This document shows, piece by piece, positions 23,451-39,172 of a stretch of 64,000 nt of DNA. The stretch is from contig NW_027590135.1 in NCBI RefSeq assembly GCF_964213995.1, positions 372,001-436,000 of the forward strand, given 5' to 3'. Below the pieces are notes generated by a model. That model was not told the origin of the DNA, made no database searches, and was given only the letters and a program-made list of their open reading frames with translations. The position numbers and the translations under genes were made by a program. This DNA is from Mustelus asterias (taxonomy: Eukaryota). Position 1 is the stretch's first letter. The number at the start of each line of letters is the position of its first letter.

Positions 23451-25699
23451 TCCTCACCGCCCCATATGGAACAGTGTGAGTGAGAGGAAACAGAGAGCAG
23501 TGGTTAATGGTTGTTTCTCAGACTGGAGGAAGGTTTCCAGTGGAGTTCCCCAGGGCTCGGTGTTAGGAGCCCTGCTCTTCCTGATATATATTAATGACAC
23601 ACACCTTGGTGTCCAGGACACAAGCTCAACATTTCCACACGCCACCAAACTTGGAGGCATTGGCAACTGTGAGGAGGAAAGTGGGAAACTTCAAAAGGAC
23701 ACAGGCAGCTTGGTGGAATGGGAGACAAGTGGCAGTGAGGAAAGTTCCAGCACCGATTGCCCCGCGGCTGCCCCTGGGGAGCGTGCCCACTCTCAGTGCC
23801 TGGGCAAGTCAGTGTGTTGGATAGAGCGCTTTCTGGGTGCAGATAATTATTTTTATTCATTCATGTAATGTGTGCGTCACTGACTTGGCCAGCATTCATT
23901 GCACTAATTACCTTTGAACTAAGTGGCTTGTTAGGCCATTTCAGAGGGCATTTAAGAGTCAAACACATTGCTGTGTGGTTGGAGTCACATGTAGGCCAGA
24001 AGAGGTCATGTGGGCAGATTTGCTTGCCTAAAGGGACATCAGTGAATCAAGTGGGTTTTTACGACATGGCCATCATTAGACCTTTATTTCCAGTTGTTTA
24101 TTGAGCTCAAATGTCACTCTGTTGTGGTGATATTCAGGTCCCATTGCATTACTCTGGATCATGGTCCAGTGACAATTCCACTGCACCATTAATTCCTCAT
24201 GTGGGAATTAATGGCTGCTGACATTCACAGACATCAGTACGTGTTTTAATGCAAGCCAATTGTCAGAGAGCTGAAACATGAACTCTGTTTCTCTCTGACC
24301 TGCCTGACCTGTTGAGTCATTCCAGAATTTTCACTTTGTTTCAGATGTTCAGTATCCACATGATTTTACCGGTGAAATATTGCAGCTGTTCAGAAAACTG
24401 AGGCCTGAAATAGACAAATGAAGGCCCCTTTGGAATGAGGGTGGATGTTCTGTGAAGGTACGTTCTTGTTGGCTGGCTTTGAACTGGAGTGTTGATGGAG
24501 GAAAAGCTGATGGGTTTAACCCTGAGTACATTTGAGACCAGTCGAGCCCAAACATTTCTCATCAAAGTTTCCTGTACAGGAACAGAGACTGGCAGAGACA
24601 TTGCACTCTCATATAGAATAAATAATCGACAGCAAATCAGTTCTGCACTCATATGCAGTATCAAGCTTGAGTTAATTTCACACTGAAATACTGGAACAGA
24701 GCCTAACAGAGAGTTAGTCCCACATTGACATCAAATCAGAACATAAGAAGCAGGAGCAGCAGAAGGCAGTTTGTTCTTTAGGGTTCCCCCACCATTCGGT
24801 AAGATCATGGTTAATGTGATTATGGCCTCAACTCCATTTAATTGCCTGCCCCATAACCCTTGTCTCTCCTGTAGATCAAAACTCTTTCTAACTTAGGATG
24901 GAATCTGTTAAATTCCACAAATTAAGGACATTTTGAGAGGAGAAATTTCTTCTCATCTCCATCTAAAGTGGGGCATACTTTATTTTTAACTGTGTCCTCT
25001 AGTTTTAATTTTGTCCACAAATGAAAACATTCCTCTCGATATCTACCCTGTCCAATTCCCTCAGATCCTTCAATGTTTCAATCTGATCATCTCTCATTCT
25101 TCTCAACTTCTATGAGATCGGCTCAACTTGATTGAACTTTCCTCATAAGATAACTCCTTCATCTCAGCAATCAGCCGAGTGAATCTTCACTGCCTCCAAT
25201 ACAAGTATTTACCTCTTTAAATCAGAGAAAACCTTTAAACTCAGCAATATCATGTATTTGTAGCAACACTTCCCTACTTTGATACTCCACATATGTACTT
25301 ATAATTAGAGTTATTTCCTCCTTTTCTGGGTCAATCTGCTGTATCTACCCCTCTATTTAAATAATGTTCTGCCTTCCCATCCTTCCCACTGAAGTGGAAA
25401 GCCTCACATTTTCCTACATTGTATCCTACCTGACAAATTTGTGTCCATTCACTTAACCTCGCTATATCTCCTTACAGACTCTGTGTCCTCCTCACAACCT
25501 ACTTCCCCACCTATTTATGTATTGTCTGAAAATTTGGTGATGGTCTGTCCCTTCATCTGGGCCATTAGTATAGATTGTAAATAGCTGAGAACCCAGCACT
25601 GATCCATGTGGCTCTCTGCAAGCAGCAGTTTGCTAAGCTGACAGTGACCCACTTCCATGCAGTAACAGAGACTGACAGACAGTGAAGTAATTTCACACA

Positions 25700-28600
25700 T
25701 TATTATTGATAGATAGGGAGTGAATTACACATTCAGATGCAGTAACAGAGATTGCCACAATGGTAATTCCAAACATAAATACAGTGATGGTGATTAAAGG
25801 ATAGAGAATCAATTCCACACTAACATACAGTAACACAGCCAGAGTTAATTACACATTCAATTCTACTGAGCAAGAGTTAATGCTACATTCATACACAATA
25901 ACCAAGACTGACAGTTAATTCCACTCTCACATGCTATAACAGCGATGAACAGAGAGTTAATGTCCCATTCACATTCAGTAATAGTGAATAACAAATACAG
26001 ATTTAATTCCATCCTCGCATTCACTAATATAGATGAACTGATTTAATTCCATACTGAAACACATGAACAGAGAATGGCTGACAGCGTTAATTCCACACTC
26101 TCTCACAGTAATAGATTGAGAAAATGTTAATTCCACACTCATGCACAGTAATAGATTGAGAGAGAGTTAATTCCACATTCAGACACACTAATCGATTGAG
26201 AGAGAGTTAATTCCACACCCCCACACAGCATTAGATTGAGAGGGAGTTATTCTATGTTCCCACACAGTAATGGATTCAGAAAGAGTTAATTCCACACTGA
26301 CACTGAAATAGATTGAGAGAGAGTTAATTCTACATTCTCACACCGTAATAGATTGAGAGAGAGTCAATTCCACATTCACACACAGTAATAAATTGAGAGT
26401 TAATTCCATGCTCTCACACAGCAACAGATTGAGAGGGAGTTAATTCCACACGTACACACAGTAATAGATCGCGAGAGAGTGAATTCCACACTGACACAGG
26501 GATAGATTGAGAGTGAGTTAATTCAATGCTCACACACAGTAATAGATTGAGAGAGAGTTAATTCCACACTTTCACACAGTAATAAATTGAGAGAGTTAAT
26601 TCCACACTTGGACACAAAAATAGATTGAGAGAGTTAATTGCACACGGACACAATAATAGATAGAGAGAGAGAGTTAATTCCACGCTGACACTGTAATAGA
26701 TTGAGGGAGAGTTAATTCCACACACATAGTAATAGATTGAGAGTTAATTCCACACTGGTACACAGTAATAGATCGGAGAGAGAGTTAATATAGGGCTAAA
26801 CGGGGTCACAAAAAATCATTGCCCAGCAGGATTAAGGAAAATACCAAGGCTTTTTATACATATATAAAGAGCAAGAGGATAGCCAGGGAGAGGGTTGGCC
26901 CACTCAAGGACAAAGGAGGAAATCTATGCGTGGAGCCAGAGGAAATGGGTGAGGTATTCAATGAGTTCATTGTGTCAGTATTCACCAAAGAGAAGGACTT
27001 GGTGGATGATGAATCTGGGAAAGGGTGTGTCGATAGTTTGAATCATGTTGAGATCAATTGTTGGGGTTCTTGAGGAATATTAAGGTAGACAAGTCCCCAG
27101 GGCCTGATGGGATATACGCCAAAATACTGGGAGAGGCAAGGGAGGAAATTGCTGGGACCTTGAGAGAAATTTTTGTATCCTCACTGGCTGCAGGATTTAC
27201 TGCCACTTGGAAATTAGTGGATGTATTTGCGAGAGGCAATATGGTTTTGTGAAGGGCTGGTCATGTCTCACTAACTTGATCGAGTTTTTCGAGGAAGTGA
27301 CGAAGATGGTTGATGAGGGTAGGGCAGTGGATGTTGTCTACAAGGACTTCAGTAAGGCCTTTGACAAGGTCCCTCATGGCAGAATGGTGCAGAAGGTGAA
27401 GTCGCATGGGATCAGAGGTGAGCTGGCAAGGTGGATACAGATCTGGCTTGGTCTTAGAAGACAGAGGGTAGCAGTGGAAGGGTGCGATTCTGAATGGAGG
27501 ACTGTGACATTTGGCGTTCCTCAGGGATCAGTGCTGGGACCTTTGCTGTTCGTAATATATATATAACTGATTTGGAGGAAAATGCAACTGGTTTGATTAG
27601 TTAGTTTGCGAACAACACAAAGGTTGGTGGATTTGCAGATAGCGATGAGCACCATCAGAGGATACAGCAGGATATAGATAGGTTGGGGGCTTGGACAGAG
27701 AGATGGCAGATGGAGTTTAATCCGGACAAATGTGAATTAATGCATTTTGGATGGTCTAATACAGATAGGAAATATACAGTCAATGGCAGAACCCTTAGGA
27801 GTATTGATAGGCAAAGGGACCTGGGTGAACAGGTACACAGGTCACTGAAAGTGGCAATGCAGGTGGAGAAGGTAGTCAAGAAGGCATACGGCATGCTTGC
27901 CTTCGTCGGCGGGGGATTGAGTTTAAAAATTGGCAAGTCATGTTGCAGCTTTATAGAATCTTAGTTAGGCTGCATTTGGAATATAGTGTTCAATTCTGGT
28001 CGCCACACTCCCAGAAGGATGTGGAGACTTTGGTGAGGGTACAGCAAAGACTTACCAGGATGTTGGCTGGTATGGAGGATATTAGCTGTGAGGAGAGGTT
28101 GGAGAAACTTGGTTTGTTCTCTCTGGAACGACAGAGGTTGAGCGGCGACCTAATGGAAGGCTACAAGATTATGAGGGGCATGGACAGAGTGGATAGTCAG
28201 AAGCTTTTTCCAATGGTGGAAGAGTCAATTACTGGGGGGGCATCGGTTTAAGGTGCGAGGGGCAAGGTTTAAAGGAGATGTATGAGGCAAGTTTTTTACA
28301 CAGAGGGTGGTGGGTGCCTGGAACTCACTGCCGGGGAAGGTGGTTGAAGCAGATACAATAGTGAGTTTTAAGGGGCGTCTGGACAAATACACGAATAGGA
28401 TGGGAATAGCGGGATATGGTCCCTGGAAGGGTCGGGGGTTTTATTTCAGTTGGGCAGCAAGGTCAGTGCAGGGCCGAAGGGCATGTTCCTGTGCTGTAAT
28501 TTTCCTTGTTCTTTGTTCTTAATTCCACACAGACACACAGCAATTGATTGAGAGAGAGTTAATTCCACACACACACACAGCAATAGATTGAGAGAGAGTT

Positions 28601-31075
28601 AATTCCACACTGACACACAGTAGTAGATTGAGAGAGAGTTAATTCCACACTGACACACAGCAATAGATTGAGAGAGAGTTAATTCCACACTGACACACAG
28701 CAATAGATTGAGAGAGAGTTAATTCCACACTGACACAGCAATAGATTGAGAGAGAGTTAATTCCACACTGACACAGCAATAGATTGAGAGAGAGTTAATT
28801 CCACACTGACACACAGCAATAGATTGAGAGAGAGTTAATTCCACATTCATGCACATTAATAGATTGGGAGTTAATTCCAAGCTCTCTCTCAGTAATAGAT
28901 TGAGAGAGAATTAATTCCACACTGACACACAGGAATAGATTGCGAATTAATTCCACGCTCACACACAGTAATAAATTGAGAGAGAGTTAATTCCACACAC
29001 ACGATACTAGAATGAGAGCTAGTCAATTCCACACTCTCACACAGTCATAGATTGAGACAGAGTTAATTCCACACTGACACTGTAATAGATTGGGAGAGAG
29101 TTAATTCCACATTCACACACAGGAATAGATGCAGAGTTAATTCCCCACTGACACACAGTAATAGATTGGGAGAGAGTTAATTCCACACTGACACACAATA
29201 ATAGATTGAGACAGAGTTAATTCCACGCTCACACACAATAATAGATTGAGAGAGTTAATTCCACACTGACACACTGTAATAGATCGAGGGAGAGTTAATT
29301 CCACAGTAACGCACAGTAATAGATCAGAGAGAGTTATTTCCACACTCTCACACTGTAACAGATTGAGAGTTAATTCCACACACACACACAGATTAATAGG
29401 TTGAGAGTGGGTTAATTCCATACTGACACACAATAGATTGCGAGAGAGTTAGTTGCACTGTCACACCGTAATAGGTTGAGACAGTTAATTCCACACTGAC
29501 ACACAGTAATAGATTGAGAGAGAGTTAATTCCACATTCATGCACAGTAATAGATTGAGAGAGAGTTAATTCCACACTGACACACAGCAATAGATTGAGAG
29601 AGAGTTAATTCCACATGGACACACACAAATAGATTGAGAGAGAGATAATTGCACATTCCCACACAGTAATAGATTGAGAGAGATAATTCCACACTCTCAC
29701 ACTGTAATATATTGAGAGAGAGTCAATTCCACATTCACACACAGTAATAGATTGGGAGTTAATTCCACGCTCACACATAGTAATTGATTGAGAGAGTTTT
29801 AACTACACACTGACACTCACGAATGGATTGAGAGAGAGTTAATTCCTCACTAACACAGTGCAATGAACTCTCTCTCAATCCATTACTGTGTGTCAGTGTG
29901 GAATTAACTCTCAATGTATTGCTGTGTGTCAGTGTGGAATTAACCCCCTCTCAATCTATTACTGTGTGTCAGTGTCCAATTAACTGTCTCGATCTATTAC
30001 GGTGTGACAGTGCAATGAACTCTCTCTCAATCCATTACTGTGTCACACCGTAATAGATTGAGACAGTTAATTGGACACTGACACACAGTAATAGATTGAG
30101 AGAGGGTTAATTCCACACTGACACACAGCAATAGATTGAGAGAGAGCTAATTCAACACTCACTCACTGTAATATATTGAGAGAGAGTCAATTCCACATTC
30201 ACACACAGGAATAGATTGAGAATTAATTCCATGCTCTCACACAGCAACAGATTGACAGAGAGTTAATTCCACACGTACACACAGTAATAGATTGAGAGGG
30301 AGTTAATTCCACACACGAACACAAAAGTAGATTGAGAGTTAATTGCACATGGACACAGTAACAGATAGAGAGAGTTAATTCCACGCTGACACTTTAACAG
30401 ATTGAGAGAGAGTTATTTCCGCACTCTCACACGGTAATAGATTGAGTGAGAGTTAATTCCACAGTCAGACAGTAATAGATTGAGTTAATTCCACACACAC
30501 ACAGTAATTGATTGAAAGAGAGATAATTCCACACATGCACAGTAATTGAGAGAAGGTTAATTCTACACTCACACGCAATGATAGATTGAGAGGGAGTTAA
30601 TTCCACATTCAAACACAGTAATAGATTCAGAGAGAGTTAATTCAATACTGGCACACAGTAAAAGATTGAGGGAGAGTTAATTCCCCGCTCGGACACAGTA
30701 ATAGATTGAGATATAATTCCACACTGACACACGGTAATTGATTGAGAGAGAGTCAATTCCACATTCACACAATGTAACAGATTGAGAGTTAATTCCACAG
30801 TGACATTGAGTAATAGATTGAGAGACAGTTAATTCCACATTCATACAAGTAATAGATTGAGGGACCGTTAATTCCACACTCTCACACAATAAAAGATTGA
30901 GAGTTACTTCCACACTCTCACACAATGATCGATTGAGAATTAATTCCACACTCTCTCACAGTAATAGATTGAGAGAGAGTTAATTCAACACTGACACACA
31001 CGAATAGATTGAGACAGGGTTAATTCCGCACCCACACACAATGATCGATTGAGAGAGAGTTAATTCCACACACTC
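25700..31075. repeat. Minisatellite, ~36-40 bp unit CACAGTAATAGATTGAGAGAGAGTTAATTCCACACTGACA, interrupted by a CR1 and containing an inversion
   Basis: Visible tandem array, degenerate at the left end, near perfect at 28520-28850. Confidence 0.95.
26790..28518 (+). mobile_element. 5'-truncated CR1 with frameshifts and an internal deletion at ~27190
   Basis: RT motifs in ORFs 26819-28522; GTTCTTT tail; TTAAT on both flanks. Confidence 0.9.
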
Positions 31076-31084
31076 ACTATGAAG

Positions 31085-33990
31085 CTCAGTTAATCAACAC
31101 ATACATTTTCAACTGGGCCATTGTCACATTGTCTAATTTGGTAAAGCCAGAAGTACAGTACTTATTTACTATCTCTGCCATACCCTCTGCTGCAGTGAGC
31201 AGTTTACCCTGCTTGGCCCTTATGAACCCCACTCTGTCCTTCACTAATCCTTTACAATTAATATGTTTGAAGAAGATGTTATGATTTGTATTAGCGCAGC
31301 CTGCTAACATTTCCTCATGCTTCCTCTTCATTATTCCAGCCTTAGCCCCTCTCCTGCATTTTGAGCTGTTTTTCATGATTTCTATTGCTATTATTATTCC
31401 AGCATGCATCATATGCCTCTTTTTTCTTCCTTATTTTCTCGTCAATAACCTCAGACATCCAGGATACTCCAGCTTTGGACACCGCATATGTGTGTCTGGT
31501 GGCTATGTACCTGGCTGGCATCCCATTCAACTCAACTTTGAAAGTCTCCCATTTGTCAACCACTGTTTTATCCTCGCAATTTGCCTCATTTGCCACATTT
31601 TGCCCTCACTTAATCTATCTGTTTCCTTTTGAAGCCTCCTTACGTATACTTCACAATTAATTTCTCATCTATCTTTATGCTGTCAGCAAATTTAGCAACG
31701 GTACCTTCAGTCCCTTCACCCAAGCAATTTTTATAAATTGTAACAATTTGTAGCCCCAGCATGAATACACCACTCATCAGATCCTGCCACCCAGAAAAAG
31801 AACCATTTGTGCTAACTCTTTTTGACCTGTTAGCTAGCCAACCATCAATCCGTGCCAAAATGATACGCCCAAAACCATGAATGTTTATTTTACACAATAA
31901 TCTTTAATCTGGCACTTTGGCAAATGTCTTCTGGAAATGTAAGAACAGGACATCCACCGGTTCCCCATTCACAGCACATGGGCCTCTTTCAAAAAACTCC
32001 AATAATTTAGTTAAACATGATTTCCCTTTCAGAAAACCATATTGACTCTGCCTGATTGCCTTGTATTTTTTCCAAGTTGTAATATCTGTAATATCTTTCA
32101 GAATGGCTTCTAACATTTTCCCGATGACAGCTGTTAGGCTAACAGCCTGTAGTTTCCTGCTTTCTGTCTCCATCCCTTTTTGAATCAAGGTAGTATTATC
32201 GGCCAGTAAGTTTCACGTCGGTGGTGGGCAAGTTATTGGAAGGTGTGATAAGGGATAGGATCTACAAATATTTGGATAGACAGGGACTTATTAGGGAGAG
32301 TCAACATGGCTTTGTGCGTGGTAGGTCATGTTTGACCAATCTATTAGAGTTTTTCGAGGAGGTTACCAGGAAAGTGGATGAAGGGAAGGCGGTGGATGTT
32401 GTCTACCTGGATTTCAGCAAGGCCTTTGACAAGGTCCCTCATGGGAGGTTAGTTAGGAAGGTTCAGTCGCTGGGTATACATGGGGAGGTAGTAAATTGGA
32501 TTAGACACTGGCTCAATGGAAGAAGCCAGAGAGTGGTTGTGGAGGATTGCTTCTCTGAGTGGAGGCCTGTGACTAGTGGTGTGCCGCAGGGATCGGTGTT
32601 GGGTCCATTGTTGTTTGTCATCTATATCAATGATCTGGATGATAATGTGGTAAATTGGATCGGCAAGTTTGCTGATGATACAAAGATTGGAGGTGTAGTG
32701 GACAGTGAGGAAGGTTTTCAAAGCTTGCAGAGGGATTTGGACCAACTAGAAAAATGGGCTGAAAAATGGCGAATGGAATTTAACGCAGCCAAGTGTGAGA
32801 TATTGCGCTTTGGAAGGACAAACCAAAGTAGAACGTACAGGGTAAATGGTAGGACTCTGAAGAGTGCAGTTGATCAGAGGGATCTGGGAATACAGGTACA
32901 GAGTTCCCTAAAAGTGACGTCACAGGTGGATAGGGTCGTAAAGAGTGCCTTTGGTACATTGGCCTTTATAAATCGGAGTATCGAGTATAAAAGTTGGAGT
33001 GTTATGGTAAGGTTATATAAGGCATTGGTGAGACCGAATTTGGAGTATTGTGTACAGTTTTGGTCACCTAGTTACAGGAAGGATGTAAATAAGATTGAAA
33101 GAGTGCAGAGAAGGTTCACAAGGATGTTGCCGGGACTTGAGAAGCTGAGTTACAGAGAGAGATTGAATAGGTTGGGACTTTATTCCCTGGAGCGTAGAAG
33201 ATTGAGGGGAGATTTGATAGAGGTGTATAAGATTTTGATGGGTATAGATAGAGTGAATGCAAGCAGGCTTTTTCCGCTGAGGCTAGGGGAGAGAAAAACC
33301 AGAGGGCATGGGTTAAGGGTGAAAGGAGAAAAGTTTAAAGGGAATATTAGGGGGGGCTTCTTCACGCAGAGTGTGGTGGGAGTGTGGAATGAGCTGCCGG
33401 ATAAAGTGGTAAATGCGGGGTCACTTTTAACATTTAAGAAAACTTGGACGGGTTCATGGATGAGAGGGGTGTGGAGGGATATGGTCCAAGTGTAGGTCAG
33501 TGGGACTAGGCATAAAATGGTTCGGCACAGACAAGAAGGGCCAAAAGGCCTGTTTCTGAGCTGTAATTTTCTATGGTTCTATGGTATTACATTTGTTATA
33601 TTTCAACCTAATGGAACATTCTCCAAAGCCAGGGAATTTTGCAAAATTAAAACAAATGCATCAACTATCTCTTTCACCACTTCTTTCATGTCCTTCACGA
33701 GAAGTCCATCCGGACCCAGGAATTTGTCAGCCTGTCGACCCGACAATTTGCTCAATACCACTTTCCCTGTTGATTGGAATTTTCCTGTGTTCCTCCCTCC
33801 CTTCCATTTGCTGGTTTCCAGCTATTTCTGGGATGCTACTTGTATCCTCTACAGTGAACACCAATGAAAAATACATTTGCCAATACCCTGTTTTCCATTA
33901 TCAATCCCCCAGTTGCACTTTCTATAGAACCAGTGCTCACTCTGCTAACTCTTTCCTTGTTCAACTATCGACAGAATCTCTGACTATCCA
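31085..33990 (-). mobile_element. Old rearranged CR1 fragments hosting a younger CR1
   Basis: Minus-strand ORFs with QYGFLKGKSCLTKLLEFF and VAKFAD. Confidence 0.65.
32190..33582 (+). mobile_element. 5'-truncated young CR1; RT open for 424 codons (32221..33495)
   Basis: QHGFVRGRSCLTNL, KFADDTKIGG; TTCTATGG tail. Confidence 0.92.
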
Positions 33991-34115
33991 CCGTAACCCC
34001 GTAACTATCCCCGTAACCCCACATAGTTATCCGGCAAATCCATCTAAACTATGCATCCCGGGACACTAAGGGGCAATTTAGCACGGCCAATCCACCTAAC
34101 CCGCACATCTTTTCA

Positions 34116-34830
<715 letters not shown>

Positions 34831-34860
34831 AGCGACCATTCTTTAATCTGATAACCCAAA

Positions 34861-34876
34861 GGCTCTTTTCAGAGCC
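34861..34876 (+). terminator. Histone 3' stem-loop (H2A)
   Basis: CCAAA GGCTCTTTTCAGAGCC ACTCA; purine-rich element at ~34890. Confidence 0.95.
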
Positions 34877-35564
34877 ACTCACTTTATCTGAAAAAGGGCG
34901 AGCTGGTGTCTATCGGTCAGTTTCTGCACTGCTATTCACAGTACAGCTGTTTCCCGCTTTGTTCTATCAATCCGTACGATTGACACAGACAGTATTTTAA
35001 TGCAAGTTGCTGCTGTTTATCGGGGAAACTATCCCAGTGAACGGAAATGATCCTATTTCAAATATAATTGCTTTAAAATGTGATAATCTGCGAGGATATT
35101 CAACTGCAGCCCATCGGTTTTCAAAGTCAGTCACTCGATCTGGAAAAGTGTTAATTATTGTCTATGCGAATGTGCAAGCGTTTCTGCAATGGCTATACTT
35201 GTGTGAGTGGGCTCCTGTTTGAGACATGCTTCATATTCTGAACCTAATTGACGCAATTTTCAATACTCGCTGCGACTCGAAACACGTGCGGAGAAAGTGG
35301 ATTTGCGGAATTATTGCTCGGAAACTGAAACGATCGCAGGTTTAATAAAACCACTGTAAAATTGAATTGCGGTAGAACTGTTAACGGCATCGTTTTTACT
35401 CTAACCATCAAAGGATTGGAGTTATGAGTGACCTCAATGCAACGGAGGGTTAATTGTAACATTGAGAGGTTTCAGTTTTGGAGTCCTGGGAATATTCTGT
35501 CCTGGGAATTCAAACACTAGAATCGTTAACAGGAGATCGCAGCTCTTTCATTTGCCGATTTGGT

Positions 35565-35580
35565 GGCTCTTAAAAGAGCC
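35565..35580 (-). terminator. Histone 3' stem-loop (H3)
   Basis: Reverse complement GGCTCTTTTAAGAGCC ACCA; HDE GAAAGAGCTG at ~35540-35549. Confidence 0.95.
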
Positions 35581-35609
35581 GTTGTTGTACTTGGTGCCGA
35601 GGTCGGGTT

Positions 35610-36143
<534 letters not shown>

Positions 36144-36533
36144 TCAAACTGTGACCAGCGAATTAATGTCTGTACCTCAGGTTCTGATTGGTTCAGTTGT
36201 TTTCTTAACCGCCCCTTTCAGAAATTCCGCCGTTTTCTGTGCAGGAAATAACCGTTTGTATAAAATAAGTCTTCATTCCGTCCTAAATAAGATAATTCCC
36301 AGAAACATTGAAGATTTGAAGTCTATCTCCCCCGACTTAGTGCTTTAGAGCCTTTTCCCGCTCTCTGGGCTGTTCATTCCCAGAATCTCACGCTGTTCCA
36401 CTCGATCCCTGTCCCTCTGCTCTCCAGCCCATTCAGATTTCCCCTCTCCTGTCGCTTGTAAAATTCGCCGCCGTTTTCGGGGGAAAGGATCAGAAATCAG
36501 TCGCTTCTCTGTGTCTCCCTGAAGCCGGTGTGA

Positions 36534-39172
36534 AAGAACAAAGAACAAAGAACAATACAGCACAGGAACAGGCCCTTCGGCCCTCCAAGCCCGTGCCGCT
36601 CCCCGGTCCAGGATTGAATCCTGAATCCAGGATCCCCGCCCAATTTTCCAGCCTATCTACATACCAATATCCTATCCACCGAGCTGTCCCTCACAGCTAC
36701 GATGCTTTGTTCATCACAACCTATTAACTCACCCCCACCCCCCTATTCCAGACCATGTGATCTCCAGGGAGAGGCGAAAACCCAGAGTGAAAACCCCAGG
36801 GCCAATATGGGGAAAAAAAATCTAGGAAATTCCTCTCCGACCCCCTGAGGCGATCGAAACGAGTCCAGGAGATCACAATGGCCCTGATCGGAAAATGCTT
36901 CCCAACCCTAGTCATTTCCACTTCCACGAACACCATATGAATTCCCTGCCCCCGAGACAGGTTCCCAACTATCCGCAGTCTCGCTCTGTACTGGCACCAG
37001 CAAGATGATCATAGAATGAAGCCTTGAAACGAGAAACAAGGAACACTTAGCCCGTGCCGCTCCCTGGTCCAAACTAGACCACTCTTTTGTATCCCTCCAT
37101 TCCCACTCTGTTCATATAGCTGTCTAGATAAGTCTTAAACGTTCCCAGTGTGTCCGCCTCCACCACCTTGCCCGGCAACACATTCCAGGCCCCCACGACC
37201 CTCTGTGTGAAATATGTCCTTCTGATATCTGTGTTAAACCTCCCCCCCTTCACCTTGAACCTATGACCCCTCGTGAACGTCACCACCGACCCGGGGAAAA
37301 GCTTCCCACCGTCCACCCTATCTATGCCTTTCATAATTTTATACACCTCTATTAAGTCTCCCCTCATCCTCCGTCTTTCCAAGGAGAACAAACTCAGTTT
37401 CCCCAATCTCTCCTCATAACCAAGCCCCTCCATACCAGGCAACATCCTGGTAAACCTCCTCTGTACTCTCTCCAAAGCCTCCACATCCTTCTGGTAGTGT
37501 GGCGACCAGAACTGGACGCAGTATTCCAAATGCGGCCGAACCAACGTTCTATACACCTGCAACATCAGGCCCCAACTCTTATACTCTATGCCCCGTCCTA
37601 TAAAGGCAAGCATGCCATATGCCGCCTTCACCACCTTCTCCACCTGTGACGTCACCTTCAAAGATCTGTGGACTTGCACACCCAGGTCCCTCTGCGTCTC
37701 TACACCCTTTATGGTTCTTCCATTTATCGTGTAGCTCCTCCCTACATTATTCCCACCAAAATGCATCACTTCGCATTTATCAGGATTGAACTCCATCTGC
37801 CATTTCCTTGCCCAAATTTCCAGCCTATCTATATCCTTCTGTAGCCTCTGACAATGTTCCTCACTATCTGCAAGTCCTGCCAGTTTTGTGTCGTCCGCAA
37901 ACTTACTGATCACCCCAGTTACTCCTTCTTCCAGATCATTTATATAAATCACAAACAGCAGAGGTCCCAATACAGAGCCCTGCGGTACACCACTAGTCAC
38001 AGGCCTCCAGCCGGAAAAAGACCCTTCCACTACCACCCTCTGTCTTCTATGACAAAGCCAGTTCTCCACCCATCTAGCCACCTCCCCCTTTATCCCATGA
38101 GATCCAACCTTTTTCACTAGCCTACCATGAGGGACTTTGTCAAATGCTTTACTAAAGTCCATATAGACGACATCCACGGCCCTTCCTTCGTCAACCATTT
38201 TGGTCACTTCTTCAAAAAACACCACCAGGTTAGTGAGGCATGACCTCCCTCTCACAAAACCATGTTGACTATCGTTAATGAGTTTATTCCTTTCTAAATG
38301 CGCATACATCCTATCTCTAAGAATCTTCTCCAACAACTTCCCCACCACGGACGTCAAGCTCACCGGCCTATAATTACCCGGGTTATCCTTCCTACCCTTC
38401 TTAAATAACGGGACCACATTGGCTATCCTCCAATCCTCTGGGACCTCACCTGCGTCCAGTGACGAGACAAAGATTTGCGTCAGAGGCCCAACGATTTCAC
38501 CTCTCGTCTCCCTGAGCAGCCTTGGATAGATTCCATCAGGCCCTGGGGATTTGTCAGTCTTTATATTCTCTAACAAACCTAACACTTCCTCCTTTGTAAT
38601 GGAGATTTTCTCCAACGGTTCAACACTCCCCTCAGAGACACTCCCGGTCAACACATCCCTCTCCTTTGTGAATACCGATGCAAAGTATTCATTTAGGATC
38701 TCCCCTACTTCTTTGGGCTCCAAGCATAAGTCCCCACTTTTGTCCCTGAGAGGTCCGATTTTTTCCCTAACAACCCTTTTGTTCCTAACGTATGAATAAA
38801 ATGCCTTGGGATTCTCCTTAATCCTGTCTGCCAAGAACATTTCGTGACCCCTTTTTGCTCTTCTAATTCCCCGTTTGAGTACTTTCCTACTTTCTTTGTA
38901 CTCCTCCAGAGCTCCCTCCGTTTTGAGCTGCTTGGGCCGAACATACGCCTCTCTTTTCCTTTTGACCAGTCCCTCAATTTCCCTGGTTATCCAGGGTTCT
39001 CTAATCCTACCCTTCCTATCCTTCTTTTTTACAGGCACATGCTTGTCCTGTAGCCCTAACAACCGTTCCTTAAAAGACTGCCACATACCAGATGTAGATT
39101 TACCCTCAAACAGCCTCTCCCAATCAAGAGCTGCCAATTTCTGCCTGATCCCAATAAAGTTAGCCTTCCCCC
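36534..39172 (-). mobile_element. 5'-truncated young CR1 with intact RT (37074..39137) and extended 3'UTR
   Basis: 687 open codons with all RT motifs; tail (AAAGAAC)n; GAAAG at both junctions. Confidence 0.93.

Noticed and set aside
6601-31075. Regular arrays as CRISPR-like repeats
   Set aside because: No unique spacers, no cas genes, vertebrate context; these are plain minisatellites.
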